DNA of 64,000 nt from Candidatus Poribacteria bacterium (GCA_965208675.1 OZ242351.1:3136001-3200000), one strand, 5' to 3'. Numbered from the stretch's first letter, positions 1 to 9,444 are shown. Numbers and translations: made by a program. The notes: generated by a model not told the origin, from the letters alone.

Positions 1-403
1 CTCTTGTATTACGGTAAGTTGCGGCATTTAAGTTTACCTCCAACGTACTTCCATCACTCTTCCGCAATACTAGCTCCGCATCACGTATTGTACCGTCGCT
101 TACAAGGCTAGCGAAGGCTTTCTTTGCACCTTCGACACTGTCCGGATGATATATCTTCGAAATAGGGTGGCCGACAATCTCCGCTTCTGCATAACCCAAC
201 GCCGTGCATAACGCCTCATTGCAGTGGAGAACCCTTTCCGAGACGGCATCAGCAGAAGCAAACATGTCCGGGCCGTTGTAATATGGATCTGCCTCCGACA
301 TCCGCTTGAATTTATCTCTATCGCGCTCTAACCTCGCCACTTGCTGGCGCAACCGCCGTATTTCGCTATTTCGTTGTGATTGTTTCCCATCTTCCGCTTG
401 CAT
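1..403 (-). CDS. PAS-domain signal transduction protein, N-terminal part (runs off window start); possibly a sensor kinase or sigma-54 activator
   Basis: Manual translation from ATG at 403 (RBS GAGGTG upstream): MQAEDGKQSQRNSEIRRLRQQVARLE (coiled coil), then PDMFASADAVSERVLHCNEALCTALGYAEAEIVGHPISKIYHPDS...ELVLRKSDGSTLEVNLNA (PAS/PAC pattern). Not in the ORF track because it is truncated. Confidence 0.8.
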   Translation of the reverse strand, partial: MQAEDGKQSQRNSEIRRLRQQVARLERDRDKFKRMSEADPYYNGPDMFASADAVSERVLHCNEALCTALGYAEAEIVGHPISKIYHPDSVEGAKKAFASLVSDGTIRDAELVLRKSDGSTLEVNLNAATYRNTR

Positions 404-438
404 TTCTCACCTCGGGTTTTACCGGATAAGTTCGCACA

Positions 439-467
439 AGAATAACACCGTTTTGCGTGCATGTCAA
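439..467 (-). promoter_or_regulatory. sigma-70-type promoter of the PAS gene
   Basis: Minus strand TTGACA-N17-TATTCT with an extended TG, about 35 nt upstream of the ATG. Confidence 0.65.
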
Positions 468-479
468 CCAATACGAACA

Positions 480-690
480 GCCATGAGGGCATTCCGATTC
501 CCGATGATATGTCTATGACCCCCTCTAGCTCCCCCTTGGTAAGGGGGAGGATTAAAATGAAAAACTGCGTCGCGATTCGGAGATTGCTGCTACCCAACGC
601 TTTTGAAACCTTTCGACGACAGAAAAGCGGTGGGTTTCGGAAAGGCTGTCGCCTTCGCTATTCGCTCAGTTGATCTCTACCCAATCTACA
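480..690. repeat. Composite intergenic repeat (CCCCCTCTAGCTCCCCCTTGGTAAGGGGGAGG hairpin + GTAG-type REP arms + 33-bp GA-hairpin motif)
   Basis: The same modules recur at 2157-2640 and 10316-10503. Confidence 0.75.
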
Positions 691-700
691 AAAGGTAGGG

Positions 701-1048
701 CTAAAACGCGGCGTCATCGCTTTTCGCATGAAAATTGCCGTTGGCATCGAAACCGGAGACCGACGCGTACGCGGAACCGCTGCTGCAACTTACGAGATCT
801 ACAACAGCGGAATCGGAAAGATTATTCCCATTAGCAAACGCGCCGCCATCTTGATCTACCGCGTGGTCAACGCGGGCGCGTACACTATAATAGCCATTTA
901 CAAGACCCCAACCGTTCACTGATGCCGTTGCCCGACATGTATTTTCATCTGCGGTACAGAAGGCGTTAAACGCATACACGCTAACACAAATGACAAGAAT
1001 TGAAATCACAATGGAGCTGCACAACATTACCGAAAATTTCAATTTCAT
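701..1048 (-). CDS. Small secreted Gly/Ser/Ala-rich hypothetical protein (gene B, copy 1)
   Basis: Signal peptide ending VSVYA; RBS AAGGAG; paralog of 14357-14779 (A[FY]NA, GLV[NS]G, SGSAxxxVSGxD). Confidence 0.75.
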   Translation of the reverse strand: MKLKFSVMLCSSIVISILVICVSVYAFNAFCTADENTCRATASVNGWGLVNGYYSVRARVDHAVDQDGGAFANGNNLSDSAVVDLVSCSSGSAYASVSGFDANGNFHAKSDDAAF

Positions 1049-1060
1049 GGAATTCTCCTT

Positions 1061-1687
1061 TTAATTTTGGTAGTCAATAAGAATTGCCGCAGGTTCGTAC
1101 CCGGCGGTTTCGGCGTTTACAATGCTTATGCCGGGGAACTTCGTCTTAAACGCCCCTGACGTTATTTCTTGATCTGTAAAAAGCCTGTCGTAGCTATCGA
1201 CCAACTGATTTACCGTGGTTGTGGCGCCAAGCCGACGGCGAATAAAAGGCATTTCAACAGATTTTCCATTAGCCGCTTGAAGTGTATAACTATCCCACCA
1301 GACATATATCACGTCCGGATAGATTGGGTAAACTCTACCGCTACGAGTTTCAAATATAGCGTTCAAAAAGTCATGGTCGCCCTGATTCCATAATTCGATT
1401 AGGACGCGGTACATTGTTACGTGGTCCGAAAAATCACGCTCCTGAAAATAGTCTTCGAGCCACACCGGCGTCATCGGAAATCCGTCAGGCACTTCAGGAA
1501 AATTACTGATATTTCCATCTTCTCGTTCAACTGACGAGTCTTGAGAAACACGTAAGTCAGGTAATGGTTCACTATTCGTGCCATGCACCCATCGGCTTCC
1601 GAAATTGCTGCCAATCACTATCACCACAGCAAACAATAATGCGCCGCCCAACAAGAGTGTCTGTTTTCTCGTAAACGTGGTTTTCAC
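1061..1687 (-). CDS. N-terminally membrane-anchored hypothetical protein (gene A, copy 1)
   Basis: N-terminal TM segment followed by FGSRW; core NFPEVPDGFP..PVWLED..RVLIELWNQGDH..VYPIY shared with 14798-15580. Confidence 0.8.
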   Translation of the reverse strand: MKTTFTRKQTLLLGGALLFAVVIVIGSNFGSRWVHGTNSEPLPDLRVSQDSSVEREDGNISNFPEVPDGFPMTPVWLEDYFQERDFSDHVTMYRVLIELWNQGDHDFLNAIFETRSGRVYPIYPDVIYVWWDSYTLQAANGKSVEMPFIRRRLGATTTVNQLVDSYDRLFTDQEITSGAFKTKFPGISIVNAETAGYEPAAILIDYQN

Positions 1688-1725
1688 CCTTCCACCTCCG
1701 TCATTTCAGAGAAACTTATGTGAGT

Positions 1726-1745
1726 GCTGCAGACCGTTCTACAGC
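1726..1745 (-). promoter_or_regulatory. Conserved 5'-leader hairpin (further copies at 9397-9416, 9888-9907, 15635-15654)
   Basis: 8-bp stem with an AYGG loop on the mRNA strand; compensatory and G-U changes between the four copies. Confidence 0.65.
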
Positions 1746-1762
1746 TTGTAGTATTGTCTATA

Positions 1763-1778
1763 TGCAAAAGACATGCCA
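1763..1778 (-). promoter_or_regulatory. sigma-54 (-24/-12) promoter
   Basis: Minus strand TGGCATGTCTTTTGCA matches TGGCACG-N4-TTGCW with exact GG-N10-GC spacing. Confidence 0.8.
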
Positions 1779-1822
1779 ATACATATAATCACCTTCATTT
1801 TAGAGGCTCGATTTTGGCTCAT

Positions 1823-2019
1823 AAACCCTTATGTGCAAAGGGATGCGAGAAATTTTATTTTTTTGTTTTGGACGGCATGGCTTTGAATTCCTATGGCAAA
1901 GGATGCGACATTTGTTGACACAATTAAGGGAAATTTGGGGTTCCCGGAGCGTGAAGCCTTACCATACAAGGGTTTTGCGAGCTGTGCGACAAAAGTTGAC
2001 AAAAGCAAAAAATGTCGCA
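1823..2019. promoter_or_regulatory. Putative sigma-54 enhancer region (TGCGACA boxes and IHF-like sites), copy 1
   Basis: TGCGACA-WWW-GTTGACA at 1904 and 1985, inverted TGTCGCA at 2013, AAACCCTT-N-AAGGGA elements; conserved in three copies upstream of sigma-54 promoters. Confidence 0.6.
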
Positions 2020-2156
2020 CCCTATTTTGAAAACGGAATCCTCGCCGGGTAAGTCGGGATGATACAAATATTGAGCAGGAATTAGGCGCAACCATTGAAC
2101 TAACTCCCACGGATTCCATTCGCAAACTATCATGCATTTCGGGTAGCCGAGTTTTT

Positions 2157-2640
2157 GTAGGTTGGGTAGAAATCAACTAAGCGAATAGCGAAGGCGATAG
2201 TCTTTCCGAAACCCAATGCTTTTGAGGCCTCTCTATGTCATAACAGCGTTGGGTGGGGTGAATTCTGGTAGGAGGAAATTCCAATTCCCGACTGTATGTC
2301 TATAACCCCTTCTACCTCCCCCTTGGTAAGGGAGAGGATTAAACTGACAAAACAGCTTTTGTAGGTTGGGTAGAGCGGGTTTGATGAAATATGGGAATTA
2401 TGAGGCATGAGGTTGGTCAGTTGATTGCGTTCAAGAATTGCTAGTGCGCAGCGAAACCCAACGATCAACTGAGCGAATAGCGAAGGCGATAGTCTTATCC
2501 TAACCGCCTCCAACAAACCGAACTCGCCGCAATATCCAAAAGCGTTGGATTGGTTGAATGCTGGTAGGAGGGAATTCCAATTCTCGATGGTCTGTCAACA
2601 ACCCCCTCTAGCTCCCCCTTGGCAAGGGGGAGGATTTTTC
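2157..2640. repeat. Composite REP-like intergenic repeat cluster
   Basis: GTAGGTTGGGTAGA...AACCCAAC arms, two 33-bp motifs (2172, 2463), two CCCCCTTGGYAAGGG hairpins; 2463-2703 is nearly identical to 10330-10570. Confidence 0.8.
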
Positions 2641-2703
2641 TGTATCATTCCCATGTGCGATTGAACTGGACAAATATACGCATTAAAATCCCTGCGTTCG
2701 CGG

Positions 2704-4089
2704 TTACCGCCGTTCGTCAGAAAGCCGAGTACCCGGCATGGCATAGTATTCGCCATTTGTCACTTCGGCGACTCGGCGCTGAAAGACATCCCTTTCGCGT
2801 TGCCGCGGGTGTACGAAACCGCCGATGACGTAAACAATGGCACCGGCTTGGCGGCAAACATCAATTCCCCCGCCGGGGGTGTACCCCTTCTCCCGACGGC
2901 GGCTGGTTGCTTCGTCGGTTACGATAATCAGTACAAGCTGGCGATGCTCTGGCGTGTCGAGCTTGGGGACGCCTTCCATTATGGCGTCGAGCAGGTGTTC
3001 ATCGCCCTCCTTCGGAAGCCGAAATAGCTTCTTGACCTGCTCGGCATCCAACGGCGGTTTCGTCACCACCATTGAGCTTTCTCCTCCGCCTACCCGCGCC
3101 CAAAAGCGGATGACACCGAAACGATAGTCGAGTCCGTTCTCATCAAGCGCATCCGCCAACCTATCCACTCCTGTACATATTTCATCAGTATTAAATCCCA
3201 TGCTGAAGCTGGAGTCGAAGATGAAAACAATATCGGAAGGCGACTTCACCGTTTCGACGAAGTGTTCGCCCATGAGTTCGAAAATCCCGGCGATCCTGAG
3301 AATCCGCTTATCTGTCATAGAGGTTGGCCACCTTCGCTGCTGATATTCATCAATGGGGCGCCACTTGCCTCCGGTTTCCTCAGCCAATTTCATCTGAACC
3401 GCATTATTTACCCCAAAAACGTCAATGTGAATCTCCTCCTGCTTACACTGTTCAACAATTTTACTTGCAAGCTGCTGTATAGCATTCTCCGCGTCCCACG
3501 TGGTTTGCAGGGGCGAATTTGTGACGACAATCAAGTGTTTGCGGGCGTCCAATCTGTAATCCAACTCCCTTAACCCCCACATTATCGCGTCAAGTCCATA
3601 TCCGGTGGAGTGGTCGTGCCGAAAATCGTCGTAAAGGCCTTCATGTACTGCACGCAGGCTGTCAATGAACGGACTGCCTTCGAATTTTGGGCCTCGATGA
3701 TTTTGAAACCAGACGGGCGCTATCTGGTAGTCGACTCCCGACTCCTCGAACATACCCACTAATTCGCCGAGATGTCTTTCAATTTGAACTATCGACGTTT
3801 TCATTTTTTCGCCGCGTTCGATGACAAAGACGATGTCAACCAAGTTATTCTCACTTTGACGGCTGGCGCGGCGAGCGATGCCGACAAGGCTTCTGCCGAC
3901 ATTTACCTTGGTTACTTCCGTTTCTTCCACTTTCGATTCTTTTTTTGGGTTAATCATGATTTTCGATTGCCGGCGCGGCGGTTGGACTTGCGCCCCAGCG
4001 AACGCTGCTAATGCATCAACGACTATCCAGATAGTCAACACCATCAAAGCAATCCCCGATTTCGAGGTGTATCGTTTCAATACAATCAT
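2704..4089 (-). CDS. Secreted protein with two tandem von Willebrand A (VWA) domains (copy 1)
   Basis: DIVFVIERGEKM (degenerate MIDAS) and DIVFIFDSSFSM...IIVTDE (intact DxSxS); start moved to ATG 4089 (RBS AAGGAG); paralog at 10571. Confidence 0.85.
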   Translation of the reverse strand: MIVLKRYTSKSGIALMVLTIWIVVDALAAFAGAQVQPPRRQSKIMINPKKESKVEETEVTKVNVGRSLVGIARRASRQSENNLVDIVFVIERGEKMKTSIVQIERHLGELVGMFEESGVDYQIAPVWFQNHRGPKFEGSPFIDSLRAVHEGLYDDFRHDHSTGYGLDAIMWGLRELDYRLDARKHLIVVTNSPLQTTWDAENAIQQLASKIVEQCKQEEIHIDVFGVNNAVQMKLAEETGGKWRPIDEYQQRRWPTSMTDKRILRIAGIFELMGEHFVETVKSPSDIVFIFDSSFSMGFNTDEICTGVDRLADALDENGLDYRFGVIRFWARVGGGESSMVVTKPPLDAEQVKKLFRLPKEGDEHLLDAIMEGVPKLDTPEHRQLVLIIVTDEATSRRREKGYTPGGGIDVCRQAGAIVYVIGGFVHPRQRERDVFQRRVAEVTNGEYYAMPGTRLSDERR

Positions 4090-4187
4090 TGGATTTTCTC
4101 CTTTCTTGCTGCGCCCAAGTCTAAATTGTGAATGACCGATTGAACTGACTAACCCAACCGACAAGAACGGAAACGTATTGTTCGGTG

Positions 4188-6407
4188 CTACTTAACAACC
4201 GCCATCCACCTTAGCGCGGTGTAATCACCCGCTTCTAGTTGGATGTAATAATTTCCGCTTGTGACGAGTTCGCCGTTTTGGTTTCGGCCGTCCCAATTCG
4301 CAGCACTCGCTTTGTCTCGATAGACTCCCGATACTTGATGTCCAATGTCGAGGGTGCGGACGATATGACCGCTCTGGTCGTAGATGCTTAAGGTTACGAC
4401 TGCATCGTTTGCCAACTGGTACGGTATCCAGGTCTCTGGGTTAAACGGATTCGGATAGTTCTGCAGCAACGCTGTCCGTTTGATGTTTCCCAAGGTGGTG
4501 ACGCGTTTTTCCAGCGGTCTCACCGCTAATTGGATAAAAGAGGAAACGTCCCACAGCAACACGGTGCCGTCCCAGCTCCCACTGGCGAGTGTACGCCCAT
4601 CCGGACTGAACGCAACGCTCCAAACCTCATCAGTATGCCCGTTGAGCGTGCGCAGGTGTTCTCCCGTGTCGGCATCCCATAATCTGACGGTGGCATCATG
4701 ACCGCCGCTAGCTATTGTGCGTCCATCGGGACTGAACGCAACGCTATAAACCCCAAACGCATGCCCGTTGAGTGTGCGGAGGTGTTCTCCGGTATCAACG
4801 TCCCACAATCGAATGGTAGTGTCCCAACTCCCGCTAGCAATCGTATGTCCGTCGGGGCTGAACGCGATGTCGTTTACCTGATTCCTATGTCCGTCAAGCG
4901 TTCGCAGATGTTTACCACCTGCAGTCCACAGGCGGATAGTGTCGTCCCAACTCCCGCTAGCCAGTGTGCGCCCATCGGGACTGTACGCTACGCTATAGAC
5001 GTGGTTCCTATGCCCTTTGAGCGTTCTCCGGTGTTTGCCTTTATTGAGATCCCATAACTGGATAGTGTCGTCCCAACCCCCGCTGGCTAACCTGGTGCCA
5101 TCGGGATTGAACACTACACTATAAACCGTCCCCCAATGCCCAATGAACGTTTGAAGATGTTCTCCCGTTTGCGCATTCCATAATCGGATGGTATCGTCCC
5201 AACTGCCACTGGCGATGGTACGCCCATCGAGACTGAACGCAACGCTCCGGACCCAACTTGAATGTCCGTTGAGAGTTCGGAGGTGTTTTGCTGTACCGGC
5301 GTCCAACAGTCGGATGGTACTGTCCCCGCGACTACCGATTGCTACGGTACGTCCATCCGGGCTAAATGCTAAGCTATTGACCTCGCGTGTATGTCCGCTG
5401 AGTGTTTGGTAGTGCTCCCCCGTGTCAATGTCCCATAATCGGATGGTGCTGTCCCAACTGCCACTGGCTAGCGTACGTCCATCGGTGCTGAAAGCAACGC
5501 TCCAGACCATTCCTTTATGACCATCGAGTGTTTGCAGGTGTTTTCCGGTATCGGCGTCCCACAGCCGGAGGGTACTGTCCCCACTCCCGCTGGCAATGGT
5601 GTGCCCATCAGGACTGAACGCAACGCTCCGGACCGTACCCGTATGCCCGCTGCGCCTTCTCAGAGGTTTTCCCGTATCGGCGTCCCACAACCGGAGGGTT
5701 TTGTCCAAGCTCCCACTTGCGAGGGTACGCCCATCGGGACTGAATGCCACGCTCCAGACCGATTTCGTATGCCCTTTGAGCGTTCGCAGGTGTTCTCCGG
5801 CATCGGCGTCCCACAGCCGGACGGTTTCGTCCGAACTCCCACTTGCGAGGGTTCGTCCATCGGGACTGAATGTGACACTCCAGACATCATCTGTATGCCC
5901 GGTAAACGTACGCAGTTGCTCTCCGGTAGCAGTGTCCCATAGCCGGATCGTAGGTTGCTCACCTCCGCTAGCGATGGTGCGTCCGTCCGGACTGAACGCA
6001 ACGCTATAAACCCAACCCGTGTGTCTAGTAAGCGTTCGCAAGTGTTCACCCGATTCCGCGTCCCACAGCCGGACAGTACGGTCCCAACTCCCGCTTGCGA
6101 TTTTGCGTCCGTCCGGACTGAACGCAACGCTCCAGACTCTACCCGTATGCCCAGTGAACAGTGCGGCCTCTTGATGAGTCACCGTATCGTAAAGCCAAAC
6201 GCCGGTACCGCTAGCGACCGCAAGTCGCGTGCCGTCGGGCGAATGCTGTATTTCATGCATAATGCCTTTACCGAACCTTGCTTTAGCGCCCTCGGGCAGC
6301 CCCCACTGTGGAGAATCTTGGGCGTAACTGTGCGGTAAATATAGAGCGGAAACGAATAAAAAGCTAAGCTTGAAAAACATTACTTTCTTCATTGGAATAA
6401 TCCTCAA
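4188..6407 (-). CDS. Secreted WD40-repeat protein with C-terminal FlgD-Ig/T9SS-CTD-like domain (copy 1)
   Basis: About 13-14 GH..VxSVAFSPDG..ASGS.D.T.RLWD repeats; signal peptide; QNYPNPFNPETWIPYQL...WDGRNQNGE tail. True start may be ATG 6392. Confidence 0.92.
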   Translation of the reverse strand: MRIIPMKKVMFFKLSFLFVSALYLPHSYAQDSPQWGLPEGAKARFGKGIMHEIQHSPDGTRLAVASGTGVWLYDTVTHQEAALFTGHTGRVWSVAFSPDGRKIASGSWDRTVRLWDAESGEHLRTLTRHTGWVYSVAFSPDGRTIASGGEQPTIRLWDTATGEQLRTFTGHTDDVWSVTFSPDGRTLASGSSDETVRLWDADAGEHLRTLKGHTKSVWSVAFSPDGRTLASGSLDKTLRLWDADTGKPLRRRSGHTGTVRSVAFSPDGHTIASGSGDSTLRLWDADTGKHLQTLDGHKGMVWSVAFSTDGRTLASGSWDSTIRLWDIDTGEHYQTLSGHTREVNSLAFSPDGRTVAIGSRGDSTIRLLDAGTAKHLRTLNGHSSWVRSVAFSLDGRTIASGSWDDTIRLWNAQTGEHLQTFIGHWGTVYSVVFNPDGTRLASGGWDDTIQLWDLNKGKHRRTLKGHRNHVYSVAYSPDGRTLASGSWDDTIRLWTAGGKHLRTLDGHRNQVNDIAFSPDGHTIASGSWDTTIRLWDVDTGEHLRTLNGHAFGVYSVAFSPDGRTIASGGHDATVRLWDADTGEHLRTLNGHTDEVWSVAFSPDGRTLASGSWDGTVLLWDVSSFIQLAVRPLEKRVTTLGNIKRTALLQNYPNPFNPETWIPYQLANDAVVTLSIYDQSGHIVRTLDIGHQVSGVYRDKASAANWDGRNQNGELVTSGNYYIQLEAGDYTALRWMAVVK

Positions 6408-6420
6408 TATTTCCAGAATA

Positions 6421-6574
6421 ATTAGGACTTACGCAGTTCAGTTTGTAGTAGCGCAATTTATTGCGCGTCCTGCAGGTCGTTTACTTCCTTGACTTGACAT
6501 ATTGTTTTATGTAGAAACGGGCAATAAATTGCCCTACTACGAACCTTTGGACATCCAACTGCGTAACTCCTAAT
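6421..6574. mobile_element. MITE-like element with terminal inverted repeats enclosing a GTAG-type REP doublet
   Basis: ATTAGGACTTACGCAGTT (6421-6438) / AACTGCGTAACTCCTAAT (6557-6574), 1 mismatch; internal inverted pair GTAGTAGCGCAATTTATTGCGCGT (6445) / ACGGGCAATAAATTGCCCTACTAC (6517). Confidence 0.65.
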
Positions 6575-6661
6575 AACAAGAAAAACACAGAATTTGCCCA
6601 CAAATCTCAAACGATGGAAATAACGAATAGCGAATCAGTAGACGTATCATGGTAGACCTCG

Positions 6662-7486
6662 TTATTCCTCCACACAATCGTAGGCATCGGGGCTGTGTAT
6701 CTGGTTGTATTCCGCAATTTGCACATCAATTGCACGGGGCGCATCGTCAATATGAACTATCCAATCTTTGTATTTCGATTCGACAGGCAAGCCATCCACT
6801 TCATCTACCCATATGTAGGCAGCACCCAATTCGCTAAGAACATATGGGATTTTTACCTTGCCCTTATCGCGAAACTTCTTTTCTATCTGATCTGCTATGG
6901 CTCGGCGCTTCGCATCGATCCACGGTTCGGCAGGGCTATTGGACAAAGCCTCAGTTGCCGTGACTCTCGTGATCACCTCTCCACGCTGTCCATGCTTCCG
7001 CTCGTATAGCTTCAGCAGTCTTAAGAATTTCGCTCTATTGTAGATAACAGTGTACCCGGTTGCTGGGACATAGCGGAATAGCACTTCTACGTCGGGATCA
7101 ATAAACCAAGACCTCACTTTGATTCTGCTCTTTCGGTCATACGTAGCCGCAGGATGAGGCAGTCCCTTGGCGAGATTATAAACCCTTTCCGACACAGTAT
7201 TCTTCAGCTCCAAATCAACCTCATTATGAGCAATCTGTGTACCAAGACGTACATTTGCGTCTCCTTGAGCATGACAGAAATCGTACATGTATTGAAGAAC
7301 GGCATCATACTCAGGCTCAGTCATATCCGCTCGAATATGGGCATAACTTTCAATAAGCGCATGTGGAAATTCTGTCGGAACTTTATCCTTTACCACCGGC
7401 TCCGGTTCCCTCGGAATTGGTGTTTCGGTTTCGCTGCAAGCCAAGCACATCACTAAGATGGCAGTGAGAATCAATACCCGTGTCAT
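6662..7486 (-). CDS. Hypothetical lipoprotein
   Basis: ATG 7486 with RBS GGAGG; MTRVLILTAILVMCLAC lipobox-like signal followed by a Pro/Glu linker. Confidence 0.7.
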   Translation of the reverse strand: MTRVLILTAILVMCLACSETETPIPREPEPVVKDKVPTEFPHALIESYAHIRADMTEPEYDAVLQYMYDFCHAQGDANVRLGTQIAHNEVDLELKNTVSERVYNLAKGLPHPAATYDRKSRIKVRSWFIDPDVEVLFRYVPATGYTVIYNRAKFLRLLKLYERKHGQRGEVITRVTATEALSNSPAEPWIDAKRRAIADQIEKKFRDKGKVKIPYVLSELGAAYIWVDEVDGLPVESKYKDWIVHIDDAPRAIDVQIAEYNQIHSPDAYDCVEE

Positions 7487-7614
7487 GTGAAACCTCCATT
7501 CATTTGTGTGATTTTTTTCAGTCTTAGGAAGTAACGTTCTAACTAGGAATGAAAAGAGTAACACTTTCATTGATTAATCCTCTTTAATTGTTGATAGACT
7601 TTTTATTGCAAATC

Positions 7615-8457
7615 TCAATGCAATATGTTCGCCTTAATGGAGCCCCAAGCAACCGCAGATTGCTCATTGGGATGAACTGCCAACCCTAATCCCCGTTTAA
7701 TGCCGCCTTGAAAGTGCGCAGTAATCTCGTCTTCGGTGAAGGCCCGTTTCGCAATTAGGACTTCATCAATAAGGCCATCCAGCCAAATGTCTTCTTCCGC
7801 AAAACCGATGGTTACCGGTGCGTTAATGGATCTGGGAGTGAAATCATCCGTTATATTCGATGGTATCCTAAACCGCGCAACTTGTTTGCCATCCAAGTAA
7901 ATTGTGTGCTCTTCGCCCCAACTGCGTGGGAATCGGTCACGCACTATAGCAACCTGATGCCACGTCTGAGGCTGCACTTCCCAAAGGAAGCTTCTGCCGA
8001 AAGACGCACCGCCGGCTCCATCTCCGACAACTTTGAGGATGTTTAACGTTGGATTCCCGTGTAAACTGTATCCAAGAATCCACTTGTCTAAAAACCCGGG
8101 GCCTTCATCTTGAGCGATGAACGCGTGTCGATGGCCGAATAGGGTTTCATTCATGTTGATCCACATGGCAATTGTGAAGTCTGATTCGTACAGCTTCAGA
8201 CTTCTATCTTTGCCGACATCGACATAACCATCCGGCTCCACTTGAATTGCATTTCCAAATTTACCCGCCTCCCATTTTGCGTTCTGCTTCAGTATGCCGT
8301 GGTTTCCGTGCCGAGAGAGGTCTTTGGTAATTTCCCCTCTGCCTTCATCAAACGGCAAGGCAAGTACAATGTCTCTGTCGACGACTGATTCGGCTTCTCC
8401 AGAGTAGAAAGCGGCGACGAACGCGGTTATCAGTAGAGCTGAAACTAAAGTTTTCAT
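7615..8457 (-). CDS. Secreted LamG/concanavalin-A-like domain protein with C-terminal AVxP..WGxIK motif
   Basis: LPFDEGRG..DLS.HGNHG..GKFGNA..FTIAMWIN..WHQVAIV..YLDG..GLIDEV; ends LAVHPNEQSAVAWGSIK; start ATG 8457 (RBS GGAGG). Confidence 0.88.
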   Translation of the reverse strand: MKTLVSALLITAFVAAFYSGEAESVVDRDIVLALPFDEGRGEITKDLSRHGNHGILKQNAKWEAGKFGNAIQVEPDGYVDVGKDRSLKLYESDFTIAMWINMNETLFGHRHAFIAQDEGPGFLDKWILGYSLHGNPTLNILKVVGDGAGGASFGRSFLWEVQPQTWHQVAIVRDRFPRSWGEEHTIYLDGKQVARFRIPSNITDDFTPRSINAPVTIGFAEEDIWLDGLIDEVLIAKRAFTEDEITAHFQGGIKRGLGLAVHPNEQSAVAWGSIKANILH

Positions 8458-8538
8458 TGGTAATTCCTCCTTCATAACATTACTAGCAGACATGTTTCCA
8501 ATCAGGTTCTAAATTGTGTATTGACTTTTTAATATCTT

Positions 8539-9348
8539 TCACACTTTATCATTTAAAAGGTACGATTTCATCACTGCTTTGAGGTTGTTCGATCTCGAAA
8601 GCCAACCGGGGAGAGCACTCGCATAAAAAGAATTTTGCTTTGCTAGAGTTTTTAAGAATTCGCGCTTATGAAAATCAAACTCCAAGAAAACCTTCCACGC
8701 ATATTCCGGTTCCTCTTTCAGTGCTGCGTCAATGTTATTGTTGAATTTCTTGACTGCTAAGGCGGTACGCGTTTTCCAAATTCCATCCGGTTCCACATTC
8801 ACCAGTTTCTGAATAACCCGTGTCGCATTCGCACCCGCAAGCGTAGCAAAATCTGCATATCCAGCTTGCAAGCTCGGATGAACGTCCCAGCAATTATAAC
8901 GTTCAAAATAATCTCGGTAAAACCTCTTTATTACCTCCAGATTTGCATCGGTCAAAGCCAGTGCATCTTGACTCGTGTTTGTGCGCCCTAAGCGGATTAC
9001 ATTTGCGGGCAGGTGCGCTTTATCACCTTGTTTATTCCGCCATTCCATCCACGCGACAGCCGTTATGCCCGCGTAAGAAACCCCGCCAACATGTGCGGGT
9101 TCATGGATATTCAGCCCGGTTTCATGCCTCAGGATGAACCTTAAAGCAACATCTCGTGAAAGAGACGCGTGGACAAGGCTATTCATTTTGGCAAATTGCA
9201 GATCGTTCGACAATAATCGTTCTGGTACAGCTTTCATATCGCGGCCATTGAGCCAGCGGATTCCGAAATAACCGCCTGCAATCAATAGCGCTGAAATCAA
9301 AACCGATCCGCATACCAACAGTTTTTGTCTAATCGAGAACATTAACAT
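8539..9348 (-). CDS. Membrane-anchored glycoside hydrolase family 108 (N-acetylmuramidase-like) protein with peptidoglycan-binding C-terminus
   Basis: ALRFILRHETG..EPAHVGGVSYAGIT resembles the GH108 HEGG..DP.D.GG.T..GIT pattern; DFATLAG..IQKLVNVEPDG and GWLSR match the C-terminal part. Confidence 0.7.
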   Translation of the reverse strand: MLMFSIRQKLLVCGSVLISALLIAGGYFGIRWLNGRDMKAVPERLLSNDLQFAKMNSLVHASLSRDVALRFILRHETGLNIHEPAHVGGVSYAGITAVAWMEWRNKQGDKAHLPANVIRLGRTNTSQDALALTDANLEVIKRFYRDYFERYNCWDVHPSLQAGYADFATLAGANATRVIQKLVNVEPDGIWKTRTALAVKKFNNNIDAALKEEPEYAWKVFLEFDFHKREFLKTLAKQNSFYASALPGWLSRSNNLKAVMKSYLLNDKV

Positions 9349-9444
9349 CACCTTCCTCACTCTATCAATCCTCGCTTGAGGGAAATTTATGTGAGCACCG
9401 CGGACCATTCCGCAGTTCAAAGTGTTACCAATGGCTATCTTATA

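Noticed and set aside
1724-2828. Short ORFs over enhancer and repeat DNA (also 328-673, 9947-10620, 15775-16353, 28790-29108, 62454-62923)
   Set aside because: Their apparent mutual similarity comes from non-coding repeats, and reading frames are not conserved between copies
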